From positions 1 to 64,000 of IMG/VR virus record IMGVR_UViG_3300019776_000252: a DNA stretch of 64,000 nucleotides. One strand, given 5' to 3'. Source of the stretch: a virus. Made by a program: the position numbers and the translations under genes. Shown here one piece after another: positions 47,951-57,419 of this stretch; position 1 is the stretch's first letter; every line of letters starts with the position of its first letter. Below the pieces are notes generated by a model. The model did no database searches, had not been told where the DNA came from, and worked only from the letters and a program-made list of their open reading frames with translations.

Positions 47951-48517
47951 TTAATGTTTGGTTAGTGACAACAGTTGCTTAAAGGTGTTACTTGCGATAC
48001 CTGCATGGATAGCGGCTGTTGCATCAGCTTGATGTTCTGCTTTGGAAGCATTGACCAAGATAGAGCCTTTCTCCACATAGGTAGGCCAGTTAGCTTCTGG
48101 ATGGCTTTTCATTGCCCAAGAAATCATCTCTGCTTTAGAAGCAGTGATCTTTCCAGGGCCTGCGAGTTTAACCTCAGAAGGTGTGACTTCAATCAAGGGA
48201 AATCCTTGAGCACGTAACGAACCTAGAACACCGACACAGATCCCATAAGAAGCCATAGCCCTTGCTGTTTGGCTTCCTACAGGAACCTCTGCGAAGATAG
48301 CATGAGCGTCTTTACAGGCGTCCAGCGTACCCTCGTAGAGTTGCTTAGAGGATTCAAGATCCAAGCTATTCTGTCGAGTTTGTTTGGCTTTAGGTAGGGC
48401 TGGATTGATTACAGATACTTGTTCCACAATCAATAGCTTACTTTCGGTGTCATAGACCCCGATTGCCATACCCCAATTTCTTAGACTTGGGTCTAAACCC
48501 ACTAATTTCCACAGCAT
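47951..48517 (-). CDS. ruvC: RuvC-like Holliday junction resolvase
   Basis: GLDPSLRNWG, FAEVP, VTPSEVK, ASKAEM, EHQADA. Confidence 0.88.
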   Translation of the reverse strand: MLWKLVGLDPSLRNWGMAIGVYDTESKLLIVEQVSVINPALPKAKQTRQNSLDLESSKQLYEGTLDACKDAHAIFAEVPVGSQTARAMASYGICVGVLGSLRAQGFPLIEVTPSEVKLAGPGKITASKAEMISWAMKSHPEANWPTYVEKGSILVNASKAEHQADATAAIHAGIASNTFKQLLSLTKH

Positions 48518-48524
48518 ATTTATC

Positions 48525-48794
48525 CTAGTGTTTAGTAGAAGAATCAGATTCTTCCATTTCAGCTACAAAAGGCAACTCACCTAATTCAGACAAAGCAATT
48601 GATACACCAAGCTCGAATCCCTTACGGAATTCCCCAGTCATTTTCACTGGTTCAGCTTCGTTAATCATTACTTCGGCATCTTCAGGCACAGTAAGCATGT
48701 GGTTCAGTATGGCTACCTTACGCTGATGCCAACGTGATAGCAAACCAACAAAGTGGTTTATGTCCTTGATTTCTAGGGTGTCTGGTGATTCCAT
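48525..48794 (-). CDS. Conserved hypothetical protein
   Basis: WH..KVA.L.HM...GF.LG...AL..L..LPF pattern. Confidence 0.7.
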   Translation of the reverse strand: MESPDTLEIKDINHFVGLLSRWHQRKVAILNHMLTVPEDAEVMINEAEPVKMTGEFRKGFELGVSIALSELGELPFVAEMEESDSSTKH

Positions 48795-48802
48795 TGGTTT
48801 CC

Positions 48803-49183
48803 TTATTTAGAAAGACGCTCTTTTAAGGCGTATCCCATCAAAGGCCAGATTTTCTGTTTAGCGTTTTCTCTAGCAATTTTTTTGCCAATATCGGCATCAA
48901 AATTCTCAGGAGAGGCACAAGCACTTTCGCCGGTAACGGTGAAGCCATTTCGTAATACCAATACACAAAAGGTTAAAAGATCTAGTGATTTCTCATAGAC
49001 AGCATTAGGACGTTGATTGGAGACTTCTTCTCCAAATACTCCCTCAGAGGCTGTAAAGAAATAGCAAGAGACAATGTTTTCTTCAATGTCTTGTGGTGTT
49101 ACTCGTGGCTTGGTAAGTCCCTTAGCTACGATTTCTTGTTCGATAGCAGAATCATCAGTCCTGGGTGAAGATATGTTATGCAT
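48803..49183 (-). CDS. Phage gp49/gp66-family protein (possible nucleotide-signal sponge)
   Basis: LTFCVLVLRNGFTVTGESACASPENFD..IG.KIARENA..KIWPLMGY. Confidence 0.85.
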   Translation of the reverse strand: MHNISSPRTDDSAIEQEIVAKGLTKPRVTPQDIEENIVSCYFFTASEGVFGEEVSNQRPNAVYEKSLDLLTFCVLVLRNGFTVTGESACASPENFDADIGKKIARENAKQKIWPLMGYALKERLSK

Positions 49184-49200
49184 AAGAGTACTCAGGCAAT

Positions 49201-49226
49201 AAAAAAGCCCTCAGTTAAGAGGGCTT
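49201..49226 (-). terminator. Terminator after SSB and the micro-ORF
   Basis: AAGCCCTC..GAGGGCTT plus A6. Confidence 0.75.
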
Positions 49227-49247
49227 CGGAATCTATGCTGAATTGAT

Positions 49248-49295
49248 TCAGCACTTCTTCGGAGGTTTCTTACCAGCAGCTTTTTTGGTTGCCAT
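49248..49295 (-). CDS. 15-aa basic micro-ORF MATKKAAGKKPPKKC
   Basis: GAAAGG SD; between SSB and the terminator. Confidence 0.45.
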   Translation of the reverse strand: MATKKAAGKKPPKKC

Positions 49296-49350
49296 GATAG
49301 CCTTTCAGTTAATGTAGGGAAACGCTCCCTACGGGCGGTTTGATTATAAA

Positions 49351-50091
49351 TTAACCAAACAAACTGGTTGTAGGCTTCTTGGTTGCCGCTGCAGCAGCCA
49401 ATCCACCTACTTTGGGAACTCCAGCAGTACCAGAAGCTCCTTTAGACTTATCCTTGGTCTTACCAGCCCACTTGGTTTCCCAAGTATTAATGAAAGATGC
49501 TTCTTCTGCTTGAGCACGAATCTCAGCAGTAGTCATCTTATCCTTGGCACGGAAGAACTTATCCACTTCGTTCTCATCACGAGTTTCACCAGTGGCTACA
49601 TAAGAACCATCATCAGCTTTCTTGGTTTTATCTACTGTTTGTTTCAGCAAGCCAATGATGACTTCCTTACCAATCAGGTCAACCAAGACTTCAGCTTTAG
49701 TGGGTACTTCAGCTTTGGCTTCAGGGGAGTACAGCTTGATTACCTTGGTTTCGGTATCCATAGCTGCAACTTCCTTACCTACTGTCAGCAGGCACAGGCT
49801 ATTAGCGTGCAGGAAACCAGGCAGATACTTCTTCTCACCGTTCTTGTCGGTGTAGTAATTCAATCCACCTTTGGCTGTACCAGAGTTCATCCAGAAGGTT
49901 TGACGGAATTCACGACCAGATTCGGTTTTGAAAGTGGCTACCAAGCCAAGAGCACCACTAGAAGCTTTATTAATATAGGCCATAGTGATTGTGGTGTTAT
50001 AGATACCAGATTCCAGAGGACCGGCACTACCTACGGAATCCTTTTCGTCTTCAATAGATGCATCGGTGGAGAGGTTTGCGAGTAGAGACAT
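49351..50091 (-). CDS. ssb: Single-stranded DNA-binding protein (N4 gp45-like)
   Basis: YLPGF, RDENEVDKFF, T.AE; basic C-terminus KKPTTSLFG; synteny. Confidence 0.88.
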   Translation of the reverse strand: MSLLANLSTDASIEDEKDSVGSAGPLESGIYNTTITMAYINKASSGALGLVATFKTESGREFRQTFWMNSGTAKGGLNYYTDKNGEKKYLPGFLHANSLCLLTVGKEVAAMDTETKVIKLYSPEAKAEVPTKAEVLVDLIGKEVIIGLLKQTVDKTKKADDGSYVATGETRDENEVDKFFRAKDKMTTAEIRAQAEEASFINTWETKWAGKTKDKSKGASGTAGVPKVGGLAAAAATKKPTTSLFG

Positions 50092-50141
50092 GTAATATCC
50101 TTTATTTAGGTTTACGGGTTGGGAGATGGATTGTAGATAAC

Positions 50142-50867
50142 TTAAGCGTAATAGTCTTTAAGTTTATTCAAGACTAATTGCATATTGTTATCAATGAAGG
50201 TTTCCTTGGTTTCAAATAAACCAAGTGGACCACGTAGGCGCTCATTAACTGTATCTTTAGTCAGTTTGCACTGATAAACATATTTAAAGCCAAGAGCTTC
50301 TTCTTCTGGAGTAATGTTCAGAAGTGGAGAACCATAGTCCTTGAGAGTTTTAAGTGGTACTTTCTTGGAAGAAATTACTACTGTGAAATAACTCTCAAGT
50401 CCGTTGTTCTTAAGTGCTCCTTTGACAGGCACTTTTGTTTCCATAACCATCTCAGATTCATTAAGTGTGTCTAGAGTATGGGCAATGAAGATAACGTTCT
50501 TAGTGGACTTAGCTACATGCTGTTGCATCAGTGTTTTAAAGTACTGAGCAAACTGTCCCCATGCTTGCATGGTGTTAGTAGATGGAAGGACATAGACAGA
50601 CTCATACATATCCAGTAGATATGTGAGACTATCAACCACAATAGTGTGGATTCCATCCATCTCTTCAGCTTTATCAAATGCTTCCAGTACTTGCAGAGGA
50701 TCAGTGATCACAAACTGCTTGAACTTAGCATTGAATGGAAGCTTCTTACCTGCTTCACAGTTGAGGTACATAACACCTTCTGGTTTCTCCAGCCCCATGA
50801 GAGAGGCTGATTTACCAGTAGCTGATTTACCACACAACAGAACTAGATGATCGTTAAATTGGCTCAT
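50142..50867 (-). CDS. Sak4-like AAA ATPase (N4 gp44-like)
   Basis: GKSATGKS, YLNCEAGKKLPF, VVDSLT, FIAH. Confidence 0.88.
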   Translation of the reverse strand: MSQFNDHLVLLCGKSATGKSASLMGLEKPEGVMYLNCEAGKKLPFNAKFKQFVITDPLQVLEAFDKAEEMDGIHTIVVDSLTYLLDMYESVYVLPSTNTMQAWGQFAQYFKTLMQQHVAKSTKNVIFIAHTLDTLNESEMVMETKVPVKGALKNNGLESYFTVVISSKKVPLKTLKDYGSPLLNITPEEEALGFKYVYQCKLTKDTVNERLRGPLGLFETKETFIDNNMQLVLNKLKDYYA

Positions 50868-50875
50868 TGGATTCC

Positions 50876-53017
50876 TTATCGTTTAGCCATGTTTTTAGAG
50901 ACAGTTACCATGATGGTCGAGATAATTTCTGCTTCACTGAGCTTGTCAGGTATCTTGTCATTCAGGTGCATAACCCTAGACCGAATACCATCAAAGTCAA
51001 AGCCAGCATCCATAAGGATCATGGCGTAACGAAGCAGCATATTGTTTCGGTTTCCATCACCGATGTTATTGATTACCCAACGCTCCAAGTTATCCATAGA
51101 CTGTTGGGAGTCCAATAACTGTTTACGTTCTTCATTCTTACTGGTTTTAGGAATGAAGGGTAGGGCATCCAATACTTCACCATCGTTGTACTCAAAGTAA
51201 CCTTCATGAGTTAACCACTTACGTGCTCTTTGGTTAGTAGCTTTATCCACTTCAAATGGAAGCCACTCAAAGATATTGCTCATGAATTCTTTGTAGTCCT
51301 TGGCATCAAGCTGCAACTCATAATTGATAGGCATGATGATTCGGAAACGATTCTCTTCTGCTGTATGACGCTTAGTTGTGTAAATAAGGAACTTGTAATT
51401 CCTCATGAGCAACTTCACAGTGCTCAGATTTACTCCACCATCCACGTCAATAACTACCAGATTGAAGCCAGGAATACAGTTTTCCTCATTCCTGTAACCA
51501 CCATTAAGGTGATGTGCTACCCAGTGCATTCCATTGGCTTGAGTCAACTTATGCAGTTGATCAAATGGAGCACGCTCATTCCGATAGTCAGTGGTGATAT
51601 CAGAGCTGTAGCTCAGTACCATCTTGCTCAGATCAGTCTCTTTCAGAGTCTCACCACGCAAGAACTCAATACCATCAGCAAAAGATTTCTTGATGATGAT
51701 ATTGTTCTTGTAACCGTAAGCAATAGCCAATGAGAGCATTTCTGCTTTCTGGCTTTGTGCTCCACGATAGAAAGGCAAGTCATCAACCAGATCAGCCTGA
51801 GTAATATCAGCCTTCACTGTGGCAATGTACTTAGCCAGTTTTACATAGTTACGATCACGAGTAAGCAGACGATTAAAAGCAGCGCCAGACTCTTCTGCAA
51901 GCTTGATAGCATAGTAAAGGTGTCTTTCAGTAAGTTCAGGAGATTGATCAATAAAGGCATAGGCTCCAGCCAACTTCAATGCCTTGAAGTAGCGGTGAGC
52001 AATTTCAGCTTTCTTGATTTCCTCATGCTCTGGATACTGAGCAGCTTCACGTTCACACTTAAGACGGTACTCAATCAAGGTAAGGGTAGTTTCCTTGCTG
52101 ATTACTATCTTCTTGTTGACGTTTATTACGTCAGCCAAGGCTTCTAGATTGTCAGATAACGTGTCCAAGAAGCTATCGTCATCAGTGCTAGTAATCTGGT
52201 TATAGATTTCTTCCTTGGTTTGGTTCAGAGCATTGGTTGAATGCCGTGAATAACCAAAGAAGCATCTACGTGCATAACCAGTTTCAAGTAATGAATAGAG
52301 TTCCTCTTCATTCTTTCCACCATTAAGCAACTTAGCAGGAGTACCGAACATCAGAAGATTAGCTGGAGTACGTCCAATAATCTCTTCTGTACGTGTATTG
52401 TCTGAACCAGACTTGGTAAGCTTCTGCTTAATAGCACCTACGTCATACAACTCCAGATAGGTGTTGAATGCTTCAATGCTTCCAGACAGGTTAGAACCAA
52501 TCTCATCAATGAGCAGGTTCATAGATCCTGCATCTGCCATAAGAAGCTTATGGCGCATCTGCTTGATAGCTGGTGAGGTAGCTTCAGAGAAACTAAACAA
52601 CATTGCTCCAATGTTGTCGTACTCTTTCTGTACCTTAACCATCTCTTCATCTGGATCAGTGCCCTTACGGTTAGCACGCTTCAGAGCAATCTTTGGAAGA
52701 TTCTGTTCAGCCAAGATCGGAAAGGTTTCTTCCAGAAATCGTTGACGAAACTGATTGATCACTCGGTTTTCAATGATGTTGGTAGACTTTCCTTTGCCTG
52801 CACCTGAACTCATCAAGTTCAGTGCATACATGTTTACAGGAACGTCCCCTTGATCATGGGTGCTAATAGACGCTCGCATCGAAGATGCAACCAGACTAAA
52901 GTAAAACCCTACCAATACCCGAAAGAACATCGGGTTACTGTTCTGGGTTTTATTACAGAGAATATTCGCCAACTTCTCAGACGTTGGGTGATATTCCATC
53001 TCATCAACGGATATCAT
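50876..53017 (-). CDS. Primase/helicase-like replication protein (N4 gp43-like)
   Basis: SGAGKGKS, LIDEIG, TGYARR, IDVDGG, YTTKRHT, GNRNNMLLRYA (PriCT-like). Confidence 0.9.
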   Translation of the reverse strand: MISVDEMEYHPTSEKLANILCNKTQNSNPMFFRVLVGFYFSLVASSMRASISTHDQGDVPVNMYALNLMSSGAGKGKSTNIIENRVINQFRQRFLEETFPILAEQNLPKIALKRANRKGTDPDEEMVKVQKEYDNIGAMLFSFSEATSPAIKQMRHKLLMADAGSMNLLIDEIGSNLSGSIEAFNTYLELYDVGAIKQKLTKSGSDNTRTEEIIGRTPANLLMFGTPAKLLNGGKNEEELYSLLETGYARRCFFGYSRHSTNALNQTKEEIYNQITSTDDDSFLDTLSDNLEALADVINVNKKIVISKETTLTLIEYRLKCEREAAQYPEHEEIKKAEIAHRYFKALKLAGAYAFIDQSPELTERHLYYAIKLAEESGAAFNRLLTRDRNYVKLAKYIATVKADITQADLVDDLPFYRGAQSQKAEMLSLAIAYGYKNNIIIKKSFADGIEFLRGETLKETDLSKMVLSYSSDITTDYRNERAPFDQLHKLTQANGMHWVAHHLNGGYRNEENCIPGFNLVVIDVDGGVNLSTVKLLMRNYKFLIYTTKRHTAEENRFRIIMPINYELQLDAKDYKEFMSNIFEWLPFEVDKATNQRARKWLTHEGYFEYNDGEVLDALPFIPKTSKNEERKQLLDSQQSMDNLERWVINNIGDGNRNNMLLRYAMILMDAGFDFDGIRSRVMHLNDKIPDKLSEAEIISTIMVTVSKNMAKR

Positions 53018-53027
53018 GGATTTCCTT

Positions 53028-54002
53028 TCAAAGAGTTAAGTCACCTGTGTTAATCAGAATGTCTTTCTGACTGCACAGAGAAAAGCCAGAACAATACTTA
53101 CAGGCAGTGACTTGACCAGGACACTCTTTAACAATACCTCGACCACCATCTTCTGCATTACGCAGCATGGCATCTTGTTTGTTATCGAAGTTCTTAGTAC
53201 TACGTGTCATCTTTTCAGGATTCTTGTAATACTTAAACACTGGTTCACTACGCCACAGATCTTCATCAGAGCACAATGGGATTTGCTCTTCTGGAGCATC
53301 CCAATATTTCTCAATGAGAGCCAACTTATTCCGTACAAACAGATCTGTTTCCTGAATTGACTTCAGAGGCAAGATACGTTGCTGAATACGTTGTTGTGGG
53401 TACTTAGGATCTGCCATTGCCTTGGCTTTACTCCAGTCAGTAAAGATGAACTGGATAGCCATGTCATCCTTAGTAATAATGTCTGGATTAAGCCAACGAT
53501 AGATACTTCCTTGAAGGATGTACTTCTCGTCATTGGTATTGTTCATAGCAGTGAAGGTTGAAGTAGATTTGAAGTCTTCTACTCGTCCATCACCAATGAA
53601 GTCAAACTTACCAGAGATGGTGTATTTACCTACCTTCTTATAGGAGCGCATCTCCATATAAATCGGTATTGAATCCTCAGTCAGTTGATCCTTCCTTGGA
53701 TTGATAATCACACGATCAATAATCTTCTGGGGATAACCCAGAGATTTCATTGCCTCTTCGTAATTAGTGCGCCAAGCACGTTCGATTCCATCATGAATAG
53801 CTGTTCCCATACGGGAAGCAACCATATTCACCAAGTCAATCTGAACATCATCAGTATTAACCCGACTACCCAAGATAGCTTGACGTAGTGGCTTAATCAA
53901 TGATGTGGCTGACAAGGTGTGCTCATCATGGTCATAGTGGTCTGTAGCCAAAAATACGGCTAGAGATAAGGGCACGGAAGATACATTCGCATATTTAGCC
54001 AT
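53028..54002 (-). CDS. PD-(D/E)xK exonuclease (N4 gp42-like)
   Basis: GTAIH, ISGKFDFIGDGRVEDFKST, C-terminal CKYC..C. Confidence 0.88.
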   Translation of the reverse strand: MAKYANVSSVPLSLAVFLATDHYDHDEHTLSATSLIKPLRQAILGSRVNTDDVQIDLVNMVASRMGTAIHDGIERAWRTNYEEAMKSLGYPQKIIDRVIINPRKDQLTEDSIPIYMEMRSYKKVGKYTISGKFDFIGDGRVEDFKSTSTFTAMNNTNDEKYILQGSIYRWLNPDIITKDDMAIQFIFTDWSKAKAMADPKYPQQRIQQRILPLKSIQETDLFVRNKLALIEKYWDAPEEQIPLCSDEDLWRSEPVFKYYKNPEKMTRSTKNFDNKQDAMLRNAEDGGRGIVKECPGQVTACKYCSGFSLCSQKDILINTGDLTL

Positions 54003-54041
54003 TGGTATTCCTTATTGAATCGGAGAGGCGCAAGGATTGCG

Positions 54042-54404
54042 CTACTCCGGTTTTGACTGCTCATTAAGTTCAAGCCAACGATTCAAAGTATCTCTGGCTT
54101 CCTTAATATCCTGGTAGACAGATTTGCCTCCAGTACGGACACCAGAAAGCAAAAGCTTTTTACTGGCGTGTTGAATACATCCAGAAGGGTCTTGGATGTT
54201 GAAGAGGAAATGGGTAGCGTAAACATCTATCTCAGTCAGTTCCCCTACGGACTTGTAGTACTTAGGGTATTTCTGAGACATTGTTTGAACTTCCATTCCT
54301 ACTTCCTTACGGACGTTAGTAATGAAGTCACTCTCACATTCAGTACAGAAGTCATGATTGTTTTGAGTAATAGAAAAACAGCCTACAGATTTACATTTAG
54401 ACAT
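54042..54404 (-). CDS. Conserved phage hypothetical protein
   Basis: IDVY...QHASKKLLLSGVR..GKS..QDIKEARD; N-terminal Cys cluster. Confidence 0.75.
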   Translation of the reverse strand: MSKCKSVGCFSITQNNHDFCTECESDFITNVRKEVGMEVQTMSQKYPKYYKSVGELTEIDVYATHFLFNIQDPSGCIQHASKKLLLSGVRTGGKSVYQDIKEARDTLNRWLELNEQSKPE

Positions 54405-54536
54405 TGGCTTCCCTTTGAATTGATATTAGAGATGGGCTATTGCTACTCGCTGCGTCTGGAACCATATTTCGGAACGATTAAGTCCCGCCAGCATCCGCTT
54501 TTGCAATAACCCATCAAAAAGACAACCGGAGGTTGT

Positions 54537-56435
54537 TTAGATAATCTCACAGACGCCAGAAGTGCAAGCAAGTTCTCGCACACTGACTGTGGCATCATCT
54601 CTTTCAAAGGAACTAAGGGCATCCCAGTTGAAACTGGGCATACGTACCAACAGATCTTGATACTCTTCCAGAGTACATTCTGTATAAGGTGCTTGCTTAT
54701 AGGTGTGATCACTGTGGGGCAAGAAACTTACTCCAGCAATCTTATTGAAGTTACGGTAAACCCAATCACCTACACCCAACCATTCATGGTCTTTGACATA
54801 AACAGTAACACTAACGTTGTGCTCTGTCCAATTAGATTGGAACATCAGATAGTGATCCAATTGCTCAATGGCAGTACGATCATTACGGAATACTCCTAGC
54901 TCTGGTCCCTTCACAGGGAAGCTAAAAATATCTGTGCTTTCTGGTTTAGTAACACAGTCCTCTACTGGGAAGCCTTGTTGACGCATCAACTTAGCAAGAG
55001 GATCTTTCTTATCTGCACGTACAGTACGAATGTAGTACTCAGAATAACGTGGATGAATGCCACTAGCACTATCAACCAACTGACTAACTGTTCCACTTGG
55101 TTTGACCGTAGTAATAGCTACTGACGGATTAATACCAAGTTTCTCAGCCCAGATCTTATTGGTTTCAATTGCATGTTGCTTCATTTCACGAAGCCAAGAT
55201 GCTGCTTCTTCAGTAGTGTTAGACAGTACTGGGTGATCCATGATGCCTGTCAGAGATACACCAAGCAGACGTTCTTCTTCTTGGTTTTTCTTCCAGATAT
55301 TCCGTACATAACGGAACTCAGTCAACATGGATTGATAAGTACCGATGATGGTAGCGATACGGACTTTCTCTTTCAGATCAGCCAACGTATCTCCAGCACG
55401 GATAACCACTTCAGAGAGGTTACACAAGCCTGCAGAACGCAGAGTAATCTCAGCACAAGGATTTACACCAACTACTTTGGTGTGATCTCTACGACCTGTT
55501 TCAATGGCTTTTTTGATAGCTGCTTCACGGTTGAAGATACCCCGTTCACCAGACTTAGACTCAATCAAAGACAGCCACTCCTTCATGAACAGTTCCATTT
55601 CTGGACGTTCTGTATAGGCTGCAGAATTGTTAGCCAGTGCTCGTTGTGGCTCATTAACCCACCACTGACCGGACTTAGCATGACGCATACGGTCATCACT
55701 AAGATTGCTTAGGGAGATAAGAGCACTACGACGGACTCCACCAACCACTACGATATCTGCAATCTTGCAAACCAAGTCATGACATTCAACGCTTGTAAGC
55801 TTACGTCCTGCTGCTCCCTTGAAGGTAGCAATTGCAAACTTGAATAGATCTATTAGTGGGGCTGGTCCAGATGCACGACCACCAAAGGTTTTGAGTTTCA
55901 TGCCTGCTGCACGAACTTTGCTAGTGTCCCATTGCGGGATACTTCCAGAGTACAGTAAAGCCAAGAGTTCACGGAAGGCATTGCACCATCCAGCTTTACT
56001 ATCTTTAACTACGATAGTGATATCAGTATTAGTGAAAGTTTCTGCTACTGTGGGTAGATTAGCAATGAACTGACGTTCAACACTGAATCCCATACCTGTT
56101 CCACACATAAGCACATAGAGAATCTCATCAAAGGCACGTACATCATCAATAGCTGTAAATGCACAGTTATATCCTGCCATTGGATCACGCTCTAGTGCTG
56201 GTCCTGCTGTCATCAACGCTCGCATTGATGGCATGGTTTTCAGTTCATAGATGTGATCAAAGATCTCGTTGGCTGGATAGTGTGGAAACTTGTTCTTGAA
56301 ATAGTTCACATAACGAAGAACTGTTTCTTCCCAAGTTTCTCTACGATTCTCGGAATCAATCCACCGTGCATAACGACTCTTATGCACATACTCTTGGAGG
56401 GGAGTTGGTAGTTGACCAGATGAAATAGCTGTCAT
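54537..56435 (-). CDS. nrdJ: Class II (adenosylcobalamin-dependent) ribonucleotide reductase
   Basis: MPSMRALMTAG, YNCAF, GGVRRSA, NPCAEI, CNLSE, KPSGTVSQL, C-terminal CTSGVC; no nrdB in the window. Confidence 0.9.
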   Translation of the reverse strand: MTAISSGQLPTPLQEYVHKSRYARWIDSENRRETWEETVLRYVNYFKNKFPHYPANEIFDHIYELKTMPSMRALMTAGPALERDPMAGYNCAFTAIDDVRAFDEILYVLMCGTGMGFSVERQFIANLPTVAETFTNTDITIVVKDSKAGWCNAFRELLALLYSGSIPQWDTSKVRAAGMKLKTFGGRASGPAPLIDLFKFAIATFKGAAGRKLTSVECHDLVCKIADIVVVGGVRRSALISLSNLSDDRMRHAKSGQWWVNEPQRALANNSAAYTERPEMELFMKEWLSLIESKSGERGIFNREAAIKKAIETGRRDHTKVVGVNPCAEITLRSAGLCNLSEVVIRAGDTLADLKEKVRIATIIGTYQSMLTEFRYVRNIWKKNQEEERLLGVSLTGIMDHPVLSNTTEEAASWLREMKQHAIETNKIWAEKLGINPSVAITTVKPSGTVSQLVDSASGIHPRYSEYYIRTVRADKKDPLAKLMRQQGFPVEDCVTKPESTDIFSFPVKGPELGVFRNDRTAIEQLDHYLMFQSNWTEHNVSVTVYVKDHEWLGVGDWVYRNFNKIAGVSFLPHSDHTYKQAPYTECTLEEYQDLLVRMPSFNWDALSSFERDDATVSVRELACTSGVCEII

Positions 56436-56463
56436 TTCATTCTTTCATAAGGATGGGGAATAG

Positions 56464-56497
56464 AAAAAGCCAGTAATCCCACACGGAAGTACTGGCT
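56464..56497 (-). terminator. Terminator-like hairpin about 30 nt upstream of the nrdJ start
   Basis: Transcript AGCCAGUA...UACUGGCU-UUUU. Confidence 0.7.
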
Positions 56498-56619
56498 CAT
56501 ACTGCAATTAATGCTTTTTGGTAGGCATTGACGGCAAAGTTGCTGTTTACTACGCTTAATTGGGATCGTGAGTTTAGCTGAATACTCCTTGAATAAGTTA
56601 ACTTAACTAAGGTAAGTGG

Positions 56620-57357
56620 TTAATAATTGCCCTGTGTCAAGGCAGACCAGCTTACCGGATAAAGGGGTGCAATAATCTCATTGACCTGTTCTGCAAGCTC
56701 CTGAATCTCCTTTTGAGCATGAGAATCAGAGCGTTGGTTGTAGAAATTGGCAAATGCATAGAGGGAACCTGTCCATACCCAGTTAACTTCACAGCCTTGA
56801 GGCAGGAAGAATCTGGCTTGCTCTGGACAGACGTTATCTTCAATGGCTTGTAGATAAGCCTCTACCATGACACTGGTACGGTCAAAATACTCTGCCATCC
56901 AGTAATCGCTACGGATATGCTTTCCACCACTTCCTTGCTTAACTGATTCAGCAGCCTGACGGAAATGTTGTGGAATGTAGACCTTTGGTGCAGACTTAAT
57001 GTATCTGCGGGATTCCTCAGACTCTACAAAGCCAACCTTATGCTTGAAGCACTGGACTCGAATAGGAATAGGGGCTTCCATACGCAGAGAGATGTGTGGG
57101 TGTCCAAATGGAACCCAATGCTCAGGGATATTACGCAGGTAAATAGCCAGTTTCTTGGCTTCAATGGTATTGGTAATACCTACCAGGTCGTAAACCAGCT
57201 TATCCCAATCTCCCGAAGCCATACCTCGGGCTAGGAATCGGATTAGATTGTTATTCTGTTCTTCAGTAAAGTTATCTGCTAGTGCTGCAAATGACTGTCG
57301 GGCATAATTAGCTACATCTTTATCTGAGAGGTAGTGGTTTTCATAAACTGCTTTCAT
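56620..57357 (-). CDS. thyX: Flavin-dependent thymidylate synthase
   Basis: ARQSF, HWVPFGH, KHKVGFVESEESRRY, PEQARFFLP, HAQKEI. Confidence 0.93.
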   Translation of the reverse strand: MKAVYENHYLSDKDVANYARQSFAALADNFTEEQNNNLIRFLARGMASGDWDKLVYDLVGITNTIEAKKLAIYLRNIPEHWVPFGHPHISLRMEAPIPIRVQCFKHKVGFVESEESRRYIKSAPKVYIPQHFRQAAESVKQGSGGKHIRSDYWMAEYFDRTSVMVEAYLQAIEDNVCPEQARFFLPQGCEVNWVWTGSLYAFANFYNQRSDSHAQKEIQELAEQVNEIIAPLYPVSWSALTQGNY

Positions 57358-57390
57358 AAATCCTCGGTTGGTTAGTTAAACGGTCAAAAG

Positions 57391-57407
57391 ACCACACGGA
57401 GTGTGGT
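57391..57407 (-). promoter_or_regulatory. GGA-triloop hairpin, possible remote vRNAP-type promoter for thyX-nrdJ
   Basis: ACCACAC-GGA-GTGTGGT on the template strand; core CAC-GGA-GTG identical to P1. Confidence 0.5.
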
Positions 57408-57419
57408 TAAGGAGCTATT

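Noticed and set aside
56497-56619. Open frame continuing after the thyX stop, ending in KALIAV (readthrough or tmRNA-tag-like)
   Set aside because: TAA stop, no ATG, no tRNA-like domain; better explained as leader RNA or chance.
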